Below, in pieces: positions 1-12,500 of a stretch of DNA of 64,000 nucleotides. The notes beneath the pieces are model-generated. The model saw only the letters and a program-made list of their open reading frames with translations, was not told the DNA's origin and did no database searches. How positions within the stretch are numbered: position 1 is the stretch's first letter; every line of letters begins with the position of its first letter. The DNA is from Macrostomum hystrix (Eukaryota; Animalia; Platyhelminthes): contig CATNEN010000008.1 in the NCBI GenBank assembly GCA_950097015.1, forward strand, positions 1,488,001-1,552,000. The letters are read 5' to 3'. The translations under genes were made by a program, and so were the position numbers.

Positions 1-458
1 ACGGAATATACTCATTAATTTCCCCAGATTTAGCCATTTTTGCAGTAATGTAAGTTCAACTGCTTTTATCCGTTAATAAATTCGCTAAATTGACAACAAT
101 AGAAATAAAAATTGTGCTTGTTGCCATGCTTTGTGTACTTGGCCTGCTAACCAGTTTTTTTACCTGCTAAGCTCTGCTAATGCTGCTATAGAGCAAGTGC
201 GAATTTAGATATGCGATTTTCTACTTTTTTATCAATTAAGAAAATATCTAACTGGCATTTGTACGATACTTTTTGTTTGTCTGTCAGAAACCCTTCATAT
301 AATTCGCTATCGGAAAATAATATCAGCACGTCGCTGCTGCCAAACATTTGTTGGCCAGTTTTTTGTCTTTTTTTACTGTTGGACAAGCTGTTCGCTTTTC
401 GACTAAATTTACTTTCTGTTGTAATCATATTCCTTTCTCTATCCACTGGGTCAAGCAG

Positions 459-2415
459 TGTGGGTCATGTAGGTGAATGAAGTGGGTCATGTATGTGAAT
501 GAAGTGGGTCATGTATGTGAATGAAGTAGGTCATGTATGTGAATGAAGTGCGTCATGTATGTGAATGAAGTAGGTCATGTTACTCATGTATGAGAATGAA
601 GTGGGTCATGTATATGAATGAAGTGCGTCTTGTATGTGAATGAAGTGGGTCATGTATGAGAATGAAGTAGGTCATGTATGTGAATGAAGTGGGTCATGTA
701 TGTGAATGAAGTGGGTCATGTATGTGAATGAAGTAGGTCATGTATGTGAATGAAGTGGGTCATGTATGAGAATGAAGTGGGTCATGTAGGTGAATGAAGT
801 GGGTCATGTATGTGAATGAAGTGCGTCTTGTATGTGAATGAAGTGGGTCATGTATGAGAATGAAGTGGGTCATGTATGTGAATGAAGTGCGTCTTGTATG
901 TGAATGAAGTGGGTCATGTATGAGAATGAAGTGGGTCATGTATGTGAATGAAGTGGGTCATGTATGAGAATGAAGTGGGTCATGTATGAGAATGAAGTAG
1001 GTCATGTATGTGAATGAAGTGCGTCATGTATGTGAATGAAGTAGGTCATGTTACTCATGTATGAGAATGAAGTGGGTCATGTATATGAATGAAGTGCGTC
1101 TTGTATGTGAATGAAGTGGGTCATGTATGAGAATGAAGTAGGTCATGTATGTGAATGAAGTGGGTCATGTATGTGAATGAAGTGGGTCATGTATGTGAAT
1201 GAAGTAGGTCATGTATGTGAATGAAGTGGGTCATGTATGAGAATGAAGTGGGTCATGTAGGTGAATGAAGTGGGTCATGTATGTGAATGAAGTGGGTCAT
1301 GTATGTGAATGAAGTAGGTCATGTATGTGAATGAAGTGCGTCATGTATGTGAATGAAGTAGGTCATGTTACTCATGTATGAGAATGAAGTGGGTCATGTA
1401 TATGAATGAAGTGCGTCTTGTATGTGAATGAAGTGGGTCATGTATGAGAATGAAGTGGGTCATGTATGTGAATGAAGTGGGTCATGTATGAGAATGAAGT
1501 GGGTCATGTATGAGAATGAAGTGGGTCATGTATGAGAATGAAGTGGGTCATGTATGAGAATGAAGTGGGTCATGTATGTGAATGAAGTAGGTCATGTATG
1601 TGAATGAAGTGCGTCATGTATGTGAATGAAGTAGGTCATGTTACTCATGTATGAGAATGAAGTGGGTCATGTATGTGAATGAAGTGGGTCATGTATGTGA
1701 ATGAAGTGGGTCATGTATGAGAATGAAGTGGGTCATGTATGTGAAAGAAGTGGGTCATGTATGTGAATGAAGTGGGTCATGTATGTGGCTTAGTAGGTCA
1801 TGTATGTGAAAGAAGTGGGTCATGTATGTGAATGAAGTGGGTCATGTATGTGAATGAAGTGGGTCATGTATGTGAATGAAGTGGGTCATGTATGTGAATG
1901 AAGTGGGTCATGTATGTGAATGAAGTGGGTCATGTATGTGAATGAAGTGGGTCATGTATGTGAATGAAGTGGGTCATGTATGTGAATGAAATGGGTCATG
2001 TATGTGAATGAAGTGGGTCATGTATGTGAATGAAGTGGGTCATGTATGTGAATGAAGTGGGTCATGTATGAGAATGAAGTGGGTCATGTATGTGAATGAA
2101 GTGGGTCATGTATGTGAATGAAGTGGGTCATGTATGTGAATGAAGTGGGTCATGTATGTGAATGAAGTAGGTCATGTATGTGAATGAAATGGGTCATGTA
2201 TGTGAATGAAGTGGGTCATGTATGTGAATGAAGTGGGTCATGTATGTGAATGAAGTGGGTCATGTATGTGAATGAAGTGGGTCATGTATGTGAATGAAGT
2301 GGGTCATGTATGTGAATGAAGTGGGTCATGTATGTGAATGAAGTGGGTCATGTATGTGAAAGAAGTGGGTCATGTATGTGAATGAAGTGGGTCATGTATG
2401 TGGCTTAGTAGGTCA
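459..2415. repeat. Minisatellite, 22-bp unit GTGGGTCATGTATGTGAATGAA
   Basis: About 88 tandem copies; a diagnostic variant GTTACTCATG recurs four times. Confidence 0.98.
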
Positions 2416-2550
2416 GGCCATACAGGTAATGTTTTAAGGGAAATGAGTCAGGCAGTTAGAGTCCGTTTTAAAGAACTTTTTCAACAAAACTGAATATCAT
2501 TTTGTCTACTTTTAGTAGTATACGCTTGGCTACTCGTATTTTTATTCCAG

Positions 2551-3855
2551 TCGATCCGGGCACAATTTGAAGCGGCCGTCCGCGTCGTCAGCAGCCTGTC
2601 CGACCGTGTCGAATGTGGCAACGGCGAGCCTTCCAATCTGTTGGGCGATCGGCGGCGCCTGTTGAAGTTCTACTCCCTGTACCGGCAGGCCATGCTGGGT
2701 CCGTGTCGATCGCCGCCCCCGCCGCAGTCGGCCGCAGCGAGCTGGGCCAAATGGTCCGCCTGGTCGGCACTGGGCAGTCTGCCGCGTCGGCTGGCGATGC
2801 GCGCCTACGTTGAAGAGTTGCGCGATCTGGCGCTGACGGCGCCGGTTGAAACGCCGGAGATGGCGCGATTTCTCAGTCTGATCAGCGACGGAATCGAAGA
2901 GGTCGACGTTAACGGCGACGGCGCGATGGGTTGGGAAGCGCCGGCTCCGGTGCCAACTTATCCCATTGACGAGCCGATTAGTGAGGGCGAGGACGAGGAG
3001 ACTGGCTGCGCTCAACCGAACGGCGAGGGCGAGGATCTTTGCATTGATGTCGGAATTGAGAAAGGCGAGGGCGAGGATGATGGAAGCGATGCCGGAAGTG
3101 AGAAAGGCGAGGGCGATGGAAGCGATGCCGGAAGTGAGAAAGGCGAGGGCGATGGAAGCGATGCCGGAAGTGAGAAAGGCGAGGGCGATGGAAGCGATGC
3201 CGGAAGTGAGAAAGGCGAGGGCGAGGATCATGGAAGCGATGCCGGAAGTGAGAAAGGCGAGGGCGAGGATCATGGAAGCGATGCCGGAAGTGAGAAAGGC
3301 GAGGGCGAGGATCATGGAAGCGATGCCGGAAGTGAGAAAGGCGAGGGCGAGGACGATGGAAGCTATGTCGCAAGTGAGAAAGGCGAGGGCGAGGATAATG
3401 GCAGCGATGCCGAAAGTGAGAAAGGCGAGGATCCTAAAAGTAATTTAGAAACTGCGAATGGTGAGAGCGATGAAAATGGCGGAAACGAATCATCCCGTTC
3501 CCATGATTGCGAGGATTCTATGAGTGATGCTGTAAATAAGAATCCCAAAGACAGAAATGATTGTAGCTGCGACTTGGTTTGTCACGTCAACAGCTCGACG
3601 AACAAGACTTCATCGCCATCGCTGTCAGCCTGGCACTGCCGACCAGCGGAGGCGTTGGCTCGCCTGCAGGCAGATCTTCTGCGCCTGCTGTCCGCCTCCT
3701 CGGCGTCGACTAGCCTAGGGCGAGGGCCAGTGCAATCGTTGTGTCAAAATCTGATTGAAAATTGGCGCCATGTTGCCATTTCGACATTATCTGCGGCCGC
3801 TGCGGCCACTTGGCTATTTTTGTTGCTACGGCGACGGCGTAGATTGCGTCACTGA
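2551..3855 (+). CDS. ACBD5: ACBD5/ACBD4-like acyl-CoA-binding-domain protein with C-terminal tail anchor; large terminal exon, start codon not located
   Basis: Acceptor ttttattccag at 2550, then an open frame SIRAQFEAAV..LLKFYSLYRQAMLGPC..AKWSAWSALG..AMRAYVEEL matching the ACBP fold motifs. An acidic linker follows, then a hydrophobic helix and basic tail (TWLFLLLRRRRRLRH*), as in peroxisomal tail-anchored ACBD5. The frame is closed by TGA at 2491 upstream, so an upstream exon or trans-splicing is needed. Confidence 0.8.
   Translation, partial: SIRAQFEAAVRVVSSLSDRVECGNGEPSNLLGDRRRLLKFYSLYRQAMLGPCRSPPPPQSAAASWAKWSAWSALGSLPRRLAMRAYVEELRDLALTAPVETPEMARFLSLISDGIEEVDVNGDGAMGWEAPAPVPTYPIDEPISEGEDEETGCAQPNGEGEDLCIDVGIEKGEGEDDGSDAGSEKGEGDGSDAGSEKGEGDGSDAGSEKGEGDGSDAGSEKGEGEDHGSDAGSEKGEGEDHGSDAGSEKGEGEDHGSDAGSEKGEGEDDGSYVASEKGEGEDNGSDAESEKGEDPKSNLETANGESDENGGNESSRSHDCEDSMSDAVNKNPKDRNDCSCDLVCHVNSSTNKTSSPSLSAWHCRPAEALARLQADLLRLLSASSASTSLGRGPVQSLCQNLIENWRHVAISTLSAAAAATWLFLLLRRRRRLRH
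3061..3432 (+). repeat. Coding minisatellite, 30/36-bp units encoding GEGE(DD/DH)GSDAGSEK
   Basis: About 10 in-frame units within the ACBD exon. Confidence 0.95.
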
Positions 3856-4404
3856 TTTTCAGCTTGGACTAATTTTTGTCATTTCATATGCTTATGTACG
3901 AGCTAGTTTGAAAGATTTTTATGTTTTCTCCTGCAGCTAAGTCTTCTAGCTTCTATTCTAATTTGTGTCTAGTCATTCTGTTTATTTCTTTATTTATCAC
4001 ACAGTTTTTATTACTAATTCTATGTTCGAAGCGAAAACTATTTTGTATGCACATGCGCACTTATTTTACTTCAAGTAGTGTACACGTAAAACGCTACCGT
4101 TTTTTCTTTTTATCCAAAGATTACTCCTTTTTTTATCTGTCAACAACGAGCCTAAAATCGTGATATGTTTCAGTGCATTTTAAGTTGCGTCTACTGTGCT
4201 TGAGTCTTAGTCGCGTTTTGTGAATAATTTTGTATGCAACCTAACATTTTTACGAGGTAAATAAATAAGCTGGAATTGAATGGTACTTAGATAATTTTTT
4301 GCATGAATAGTAGAAGATAAATTCAATAGATAAATCCTTTTGTAAATGCCTCACTTATCTTTTTTATATTAATGATTTAGGCCATCTAAAAAAGCTAGGT
4401 GTTA

Positions 4405-4980
4405 GAGACTAGATGAGCTAAATATGAGACACTAGATAAGGCAGATATTATAGACTAGATGAGGGAGATACGAGAGACTAGATGACGTAGATAAGAGAGA
4501 CTAGATGAGGGAGATAAGAGAGACTAGATGAGGTAGATAAGAGAGACTAGATGAGGTAGATAAGAGAGACTAGATGAGGGAGATAAGAGAGACTAGATGA
4601 GGTAGATAAGAGAGACTAGATGAGGTAGATAAGAGAGACTAGATGAGGTAGTTAAGAGTAGCTTGATGAGGTAGATAAGAGAGACTAGATGAGGTAGATA
4701 AGAGAGACTAGATGAGGTAGATAAGAGAGACTAGATGAGGTAGATAAGAGAGACTAGATGAGGTAGTTAAGAGAGACTAGATGAGGTAGATAAGAGAGAC
4801 TAGATGAGGTAGATAAGAGAGACTAGATGAGGTAGATAAGAGAGACTAGATGAGGTAGATAAGAGAGACTAGATGAGGTAGTTAAGAGTAGCTTGATGAG
4901 GTAGATAAGAGAGACTAGATGAGGTAGTTAAGAGTAGCTTGATGAGGTAGATAGGAGAGACTAGATAAGAGGAATTAGAT
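4405..4980. repeat. Minisatellite, 23-bp unit GATGAGGTAGATAAGAGAGACTA
   Basis: Tandem copies with degenerate edges. Confidence 0.95.
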
Positions 4981-5849
4981 AAACTATGAGTCAGTTGTCC
5001 AGAGACACTAGATACGGTAAGTGCGTAGTAAAATCAATATGAGTTTAGTATTGCACTTGCACTTTATGTTGCAAAACTTGTAATAACTCACACAAAGCTA
5101 AATTAGCTTGATCTAAAATCTGCATGTAGAGAAACGAAATGCGCAGGATTTTAATTTTTGATAATATTATCAATGAGACTTATTATAAATTTGACTTGGT
5201 ATCCGCACATTATTTAGCGTAACACAGACAGTGCGCGTAATAGGTAAAAAATTTTTACACCTATAGTTGTGTGCCTCATCGATCATGTAGAATAAAAAAA
5301 TCGTGTTTTAGGCTTTCATCACCGGATGTGTGAATCTGTGAACCATATATTATTAGTGTCGGCGAAAATTATGTTTATGTCGGCCTTTTGTTGATCTGAC
5401 AGATACACATTATAAGTAAGCAATAGTTTAATAATATATTTGCATAACCGACTGCACTAAGGGTATTGTGTGTTACGGGCATGACTTGGCATAAAAAACC
5501 TGAAAATTATGATTAAAGGCAAATAATAATTTGCCATAAATTGTCGTTGACTTTGGCAAACCGGCGACAAACACTTGTTGGGAGTTCCTCCATTATTGAC
5601 TCACTTCACTTGAGTTCATTGCCTTCCGAGGAGTCCCGCTTCTTGCCTGAAAATTACCTTTTCTTTTTTTAAAAGGCCGCACACACTAAACGAAATATCT
5701 GAAGATTGGTTAATCGACCTAATCAGACCTGTGTGTGTTATCGCTCAATATGTATTGATTTTACCAGCTAGATTTAGGGACAATTTTTTCTTGCCACAAA
5801 TTCGTTTACTGTTTGCCTATTGTTTCCCATTTCGTTCTCATTCCTACCC

Positions 5850-6730
5850 TGATCCTATTATTATCCCCATCCTATTATTATCCTGATCCCATTCCCATCC
5901 TGATCCTGATCACATTTCCATCCTGATCCCATTCCCATCCTGATCCCATTCCCATCCTGATCCTGATCCCATTCCCATCCTGATCCTGATCCCATTCCCA
6001 TCCTGATCCTGATCCCATTGCCACCCTGATCCAATCCCCATCCTGATCCCATTGCCACCCTGATCCCATTCCCATCCTGATCCAATCCCCATCCTGATCC
6101 CATTGCCACCCTGATCCAATCCCCATCCTGATCCCATTCCCATCCTGATCCAATCCCCATCCTGATCCCATTGCCACCATGATCCAATCCCCATCCAGAT
6201 CCCATTGCCACCCTGATCCCATTCCCATCCTGATCCTGATCCCATTCCCATCCTGATCTTGATCCCATTCCCATCCTGATCCTGATCCCATTCCCATGCT
6301 GATCCTGATCCCATTGCCACCCTGATCCTGATCCCATTCCCATGCTGATCCTGATCCCATTGCCACCCTGATCCTGATCCCATTCCCATGCTGATCCTGA
6401 TCCCATTGCCACCCTGATCCTGATCCCATTCCCATCCTGATCCTGATCCCATTCCCATGCTGATCCTGATCCCATTGCCACCCTGATCCTGATCCCATTC
6501 CCATCCTGATTCTGATCCCATTGCCACCCTGATCCTGATCCCATTCCCATCCTGATCCCATTCCCATCCTGATCCCATTCCCATCCTGATCCCATTCCCA
6601 TCCTGATCCCATTCCCATCCTGATCCCATTCCCATCCTGATCCCATTCCCATCCTGATCCCATTCTCATCCTTATCCCGTTCTCACCCTAATTCCAATCC
6701 TATCCTGACCCCATCCTCACCCTGATCCTA
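5850..6730. repeat. Modular minisatellite, 17-bp CCCATTCCCATCCTGAT plus 6-bp CCTGAT modules
   Basis: Tandem copies. Confidence 0.95.
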
Positions 6731-7399
6731 ATTCTTTTCCAGCCTCGAGTTCGTGACGCAAAGAATCACAAACACATGCCAGATTTTATGGGGACAGGTG
6801 CACATGTCTTGTTTGTTTGCTAGTTAACCTGCTGGTGGTGCAAATCTTCGCGTTAAGCCTCTGCCCTTGTCAGTCAGCTGCCTTGATTAGAGCTTCGCGC
6901 AGCAGACTGGCACACACAAAATCTAGCTACCCGAATCATTTGCCCTGGTCTGGCAAAACACTGAATTCTCCCCTGCTCCCTCCTCTAAAAGCAACTCCAT
7001 CGCTTGGCTCTCTCTGGTGGCTAAAAGGGCGGAAAACGTTAACGCAATTACCTGCGGGCAAAATATTTGATTTCGACTTAGTTAAGCGGACAGAGAGAGG
7101 CAGCAATGTCGCCGGGTAAAAAAGGTAAAGGGGAGAAAGGATGGAGACTTAACTGGGCGAAGGAGAGGGTGGAGCCACTTTTTGCCCCGAAGCGAAAAGA
7201 GAGAACTGGTCCGGTCATGTGATCATTTGGAGAAGCAAGAATTGGGAGGAGCTGTAGCACTCTGGACTGTACCCGCAAACTCTCAGCATCCTAGATGGAC
7301 AAGTGATAGGGAGGCTGACTGATACGACTTACAAGGATACCCGGAGGGTAGAAAAAGCAGCAGATGATAGATTGGGAGGTAGAGAGTGTAGATAAAGCG

Positions 7400-8065
7400 G
7401 TAGAGAATTCAGATAAGGATATGGATAATATAGATAAGCAGGTGGATAATATAAATAATGAGGTGTAGAATTCATATAAGGAGGTGGATAATATAGATAA
7501 GGAGGTAGATAGTATAGATAAGGAGGTGGATGGTATAGATAAGGAGGTAGATAGTATAGATAAGGAGGTGGATGGTATAGATAAGGAGGTGGATGGTATA
7601 GATAAGGAGGTAGATAGTATAGATAAGGAGGTGGATGGTATAGATAAGGAGGTAGATAGTATAGATAAGGAGGTGGATGGTATAGATAAGGAGGTAGATA
7701 GTATAGATAAGGAGGTGGATGGTATAGATAAGGAGGTGGATATTATAGATAATGAGGTGGATAGTATAGATAAGGAGGTGGATGGTATAGATAATGAGGT
7801 GGATAGTATAGATAAGGAGGTGGATGGTATAGATAAGGAGGTGGATATTATAGATAATGAGGTGGATAGTATAGATAAGGAGGTAGATAGTATAGATAAT
7901 GAGGTGGATAGTATAGATAAGGAGGTGGATGGTATAGATAAGGAGGTGGATAGTATAGATAATGAGGTGGATAAGGAGGTGGATGGTATAGATAATGAGG
8001 TGGATAGTATAGATAAGGAGGTGGATGGTATAGATAAGGAGGTGGATGGTATAGATAAGATGGAT
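7400..8065. repeat. Minisatellite, 21-bp unit GGTGGATGGTATAGATAAGGA
   Basis: Tandem copies with a degenerate 5' edge. Confidence 0.95.
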
Positions 8066-9598
8066 AATCATGTAGAGAGGGAAGAAAAGGTCAAGGAGGT
8101 AGAGAGTGGCAAAGTGGCGAAGAATAAGTACAGGATAGGTTCCGAGACTGGAATCATTTAGAAGCACATCAAGAAAGGTAAGAGATCGATTTAGAAAAGG
8201 GAGCACTGAGCTGAGCTTATTATTTGAGGCACTTCACAGGTGACAAACTATATAGTGTTTAGGCTTGCAGCTTAGAAATAAAGAGCAGTGAATTTAGCGA
8301 TTAACCATTAATTATGTCGCCAAATAGCCAATGAACTTTTCCTTTGTCTGTCCGACACTTAATCAGTGAAAAGTCACTTCAACACTCAACAGCAGCTGTG
8401 ACTGTGAGGCAGTTCAATTTTTTTCCCTGAGAAGTGCATCGAGTCAACAATAAATTAAAGTTTTATATTCGTCTAACTTTAAAAAAAGTCGGCTCCTAAA
8501 TTATATTTCTATCAGGCAATGTATTCAGAATTTTTATTGCAGCACCAGCAGCAGCAGAAATCGTTAGGGTGTAAAAGTGTAACAATTTTATGACTACAGA
8601 CGGTAAAAAATTAATTGCACAGTTTTTTTCTAAACTAGGTTTCTTGCCTGGAAAAAGTCTGCTTTGATTAGGGATCCTGTTTAGACATACTTTTATACTA
8701 ATAGATTTTCCGAATCGATTTATTATGTACACTTGGATGTGAAATTTTAATACTTAAAGTATAATTGCGTCCAAATAACTTAGTCGACTCTAGCCAATCG
8801 GGGCGCGGTTCAAACCCCTGTACACTCACTGCGTCCACCCCACGACCTAGCATTAATACGCGTAGATAAGAACAGTAGCGACCTAAAGTTTCTGCCGGGG
8901 TAACGCTATGTACACAGTCTAGTAAATTCTAATTTGAGCTAGCCAATCACAATCGAAAGAGATTGATACCAAAAATCTTACACACGATTCAACAATCCAA
9001 GCGGAAGCAAGCGGTGACTGACGCGCTCTTTTACTCATTTTCTGCTTTACTGCAACGGTTTTATTAAAATTGCTGACAATACTTGTCTATAGGATAGTGC
9101 GAAAACTGCAGCAACACATGCACACACAAGTTAGAGCACTGTGTCATATCAGGCGGGGTAGGGCAGTTGCTAGTAGAGACACAACACCGTTTTATTCCAA
9201 GGTAAATTACATGCCTTTCTTTATTCTTGAGACAGACAGACTCAGTTGACAGCGGCCTCACAAACAGACGCACACGCACTCAGACCGTTGCTGACAGGTG
9301 CGACCTCCCCTCCTGGCAACCCCGGAGCCGACAACTTCTGGTAAAGAAGAAGAAAGCGAAAAAAGGTGGGTATGGGGCTGAATTTCCGCCCTGTGTTCCC
9401 TTAGCCAACCCCACCTACCAAGCCTGGTGGGCCATTGGTCAATGCACTTCGAGTGTGATTGGTCTCTCTCCCAATCTTAAAGTTAGAAATCTCCCGGCCA
9501 TTTTTTTAATAGACGAGATCCTCTTGGAGACAATGTTTGTTGTCATTAGAGCTTTGATTGAGTATATACCTTCTTGTCTTCTTTGGCCAGTCACGCAA

Positions 9599-12500
9599 AT
9601 GCTTACAATAACCGGTAAGAGATTGCTGCTGCTGCTGCTGCTGCTTGTCCTGTGCTCAGCCCTCGCTGCTGCCGAGTCAAGTGAGTCTTTTTAGTCTCGT
9701 CCTTCGGATAAACGCAAATTCAGCTTGTACTTTTCGGTTCATTTCTTTTAGACTGATTAGGCAACTTTGCCGCTTAATATTTGCATAAAATGCTGCCCAC
9801 TTTCTAGCGTGCAATGATGAAAAAATATCATCGATTGTAAATCAACTTGTTGCTTGCACTTTTTTGGACAAATGTGCAGGAAAATGAGAGCGCAAGATAA
9901 GGGGTAAAAATTATGGGATAATGCACAAAGTTTCCCTCCCGCCATAATCAGTTTTTTTCTTTCGAATTTTTGCAAGGCCTGCCAACAGACCTGCTGTCTT
10001 ACTTGTAGTCAGTTTTTTGAAGAAAAAAAAACGTAAATCTTTACAATTTTTGCAACCGGCAATCTGGCCATGCTTCTTCATTGGTTCTGCATTTTGTGCT
10101 GACAATTTACTGCCTTTTAGTCTTAGAATTCATTGGCTTTTTAACTGCTCCACACCCACATCTCTCTCCAGTGTCTCCATCTCCTCTCTATGTTATTTTT
10201 GCATAACAACACCTGTTTTACATGTCCTTATTATCCGTGTCTGTTGGTTCTGCATGTAGTTTAACGCTAGTTAAATTTCATACGAATCCTTAAAAATGAA
10301 ACTGCTTTAAGAGGTTAATCTGGTTAGCCAATAATAAATTGGCTTCACTAAACTAGGACGTTCCACTTAATTTCTCAACAGAGATTAATAAATATTCTAA
10401 GAATGATTGGAACCTTATTTAGGCTTAGTTTCGGATCCAGTGCATAGAAATAACTGACAGCTGTGAATCAGGCAGAGACTGTTTTTGAACTATGTGTTCA
10501 TACAATTCGCTGAATATGAAAATAAAGTAATGCTTGACTTGATTCACAGTTTTGTCTGCTTAATCAACAAAATAAATTATTGTATTTAGGAATTCACAAC
10601 CCTACTGCGCTACTAATATAAGTAGAAGTCAGCAAATTTCTAGCCAAAAATAAATTTCCAATCGTATATATATGGAGGGAAGGACGCGGGTGGGAAGCAG
10701 TTCCCATAGGCAACTAAAGCCATATTCCTCCTGCAAGCGAGTTATGAATTCGGGGTGCATCATTTCGCTACTTGGCTGCTTTGTTACTGTTGCCATGGCA
10801 ACCAACGATACAACACCAATAGCGATGGCGGTGACAGACGAGCAGAGGCTTCTTGGCGCCCTGCTAACCGGCTATGAGGCCGCATCGCGGCCCACCTTGA
10901 ATGCAGCCGCGACTGTGGAGGTCCGCTTCCAGATCGCCATGGTTCAAATATCCCAACTGGTGAGGTGCTGACTGTGCCGACTACCCGGATCTGCTTTGCG
11001 AGTGGCGCTGCTTCAATAACAATGCCCCCTAAACTACATAGATAGATAGCTGTTAAAATCAATTAAATCTTTCTTCATGTGTTATTTATGTTTCTAGATC
11101 ATAATTAAAGCAGCCAGCCACTCGTGAAATCATTTAACTATTTTTCGCGCTCTCACAGGCGACAGGCCGCTCATAAGCGTTGGCAAGCGCAAGCCTGACG
11201 AGCAGCAGCTCATGGAGAGCCTTCTGGCCCGCTATGACCCCTCCGTGAGGCCCGTCATTAACGCCTCCGACCAGGTCACCGTCCGGTTCGGCTTTGCACT
11301 CATTCTCATCACTGACATGGTCAGTTGGTGCCTCCTCCGCCTCCTCTGCCTCCTCTGCCTCCTCTGCCTCCTCTGCCCCCTCTGCCTCCTCTGCCTCCTC
11401 TGCCTCCTCTGCCTCCTCTGCCTCCTCTGCCTCCTCTGACTCCTCTGACTCCTCTGCCTCCTCTGCCTCCTCTGCCTCCTCTGCCTCCTCTGCCCCTCTG
11501 CCTCCTCTGCCCCCTCTGCCTCCTCTGCCTCCTATGCCTCCTCTGACTCCTCTGCCTCCTCTGCCCCTCTGCCTCCTCTGTCTCCTCTGCCCCCTCTGCC
11601 TCCTCTGCCTCCTTTGCCCCCTCTGCCCCCTCTGCCTCCTCTGCCTCCTCTGCCCTCTCTGCCTCCTCTGCCTCCTCTGCCCCCTCTGCCTCCTCTGCCT
11701 CCTCTGCCTCCTCTGCCTCCTCTGCCTCCTCTGCCCTCTCTGCCTCCTCTGCCTCCTCTGCCTCCTCTGCCCTCTCTGACTCCTCGGCCTCCTCTGCCCC
11801 CTCTGCCTCCTCTGCCTCCTCTGCCTCCTCTGCCCCCTCTGCCTCCTCTGCCCCCTCTGCCTCCTCTGCCTCCTCTGCCCTCTCTGCCTCCTCGGCCTCC
11901 TCTGCTTCCTCTGCCTCCTCTGCCTCCTCTGCCTCCTCTGCCTCCTCTGCCTCCTCTGCCCTCTCTGACTCCTCGGCCTCCTCTGCCCCCTCTGCCTCCT
12001 CTGCCTCCTCTGCCTCCTCTGCCCCCTCTGCCTCCTCGGCCTCCTCTGCCTCCTCTGCCCTCTCTGACTCCTCGGCCTCCTCTGCCTCCTCTGCCTCCTC
12101 TGCCTCCTCTGCCTCCTCTGCCTCCTCTGCCTCCTCTGCCTCCTCTGCCTCCTCTGCCTCCTCTGACTACTTTTACACTTCCTCTATCTGTCTGCTAAAC
12201 AGTATCACCAAATTAAAAACTTAGAATTTAGAAATTTATAAAAATAATCTACACTCCGCAATGCTACTCATTCCCGTATTTTTTATGCTGAAAATAAGAT
12301 TTTTGCTTTCAAAATTGAAGGCCATTCGAATTTGATTGGCTAAGATTCTTATTCACGTGCTCCTTGAGGATCGTTGGCGAAATAGGGAGTTCCGTCCACT
12401 CTAACCTCTAGGACCAATCAAATCTGGGCTAACGTTGAGTACTTCGTCAAGAAAATTCAGCATTTTATGTATAGTCGATGAGTTGCCACAGGAAGTGGCA

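Noticed and set aside
186-446. 86-aa minus-strand ORF
   Set aside because: AT-rich, no recognisable motif, no convincing splice partners.
5605-5646. 42-nt minus-strand segment with strong acceptor and donor
   Set aside because: No phase-compatible partner exons found; could be a UTR exon or chance.
5861-6669. Long ORFs (GWEWDQDGNGIRM repeats) on the minus strand
   Set aside because: Translations of a non-triplet minisatellite open in several frames; no unique coding flanks.
7472-8206. DKEVDGI and IYTIHLL repeat ORFs
   Set aside because: 21-bp minisatellite open on both strands; no supporting gene structure.
12330-12424. 10-bp inverted repeat ATTTGATTGG / CCAATCAAAT
   Set aside because: Possible MITE relic, but no TSD or second copy to support it.
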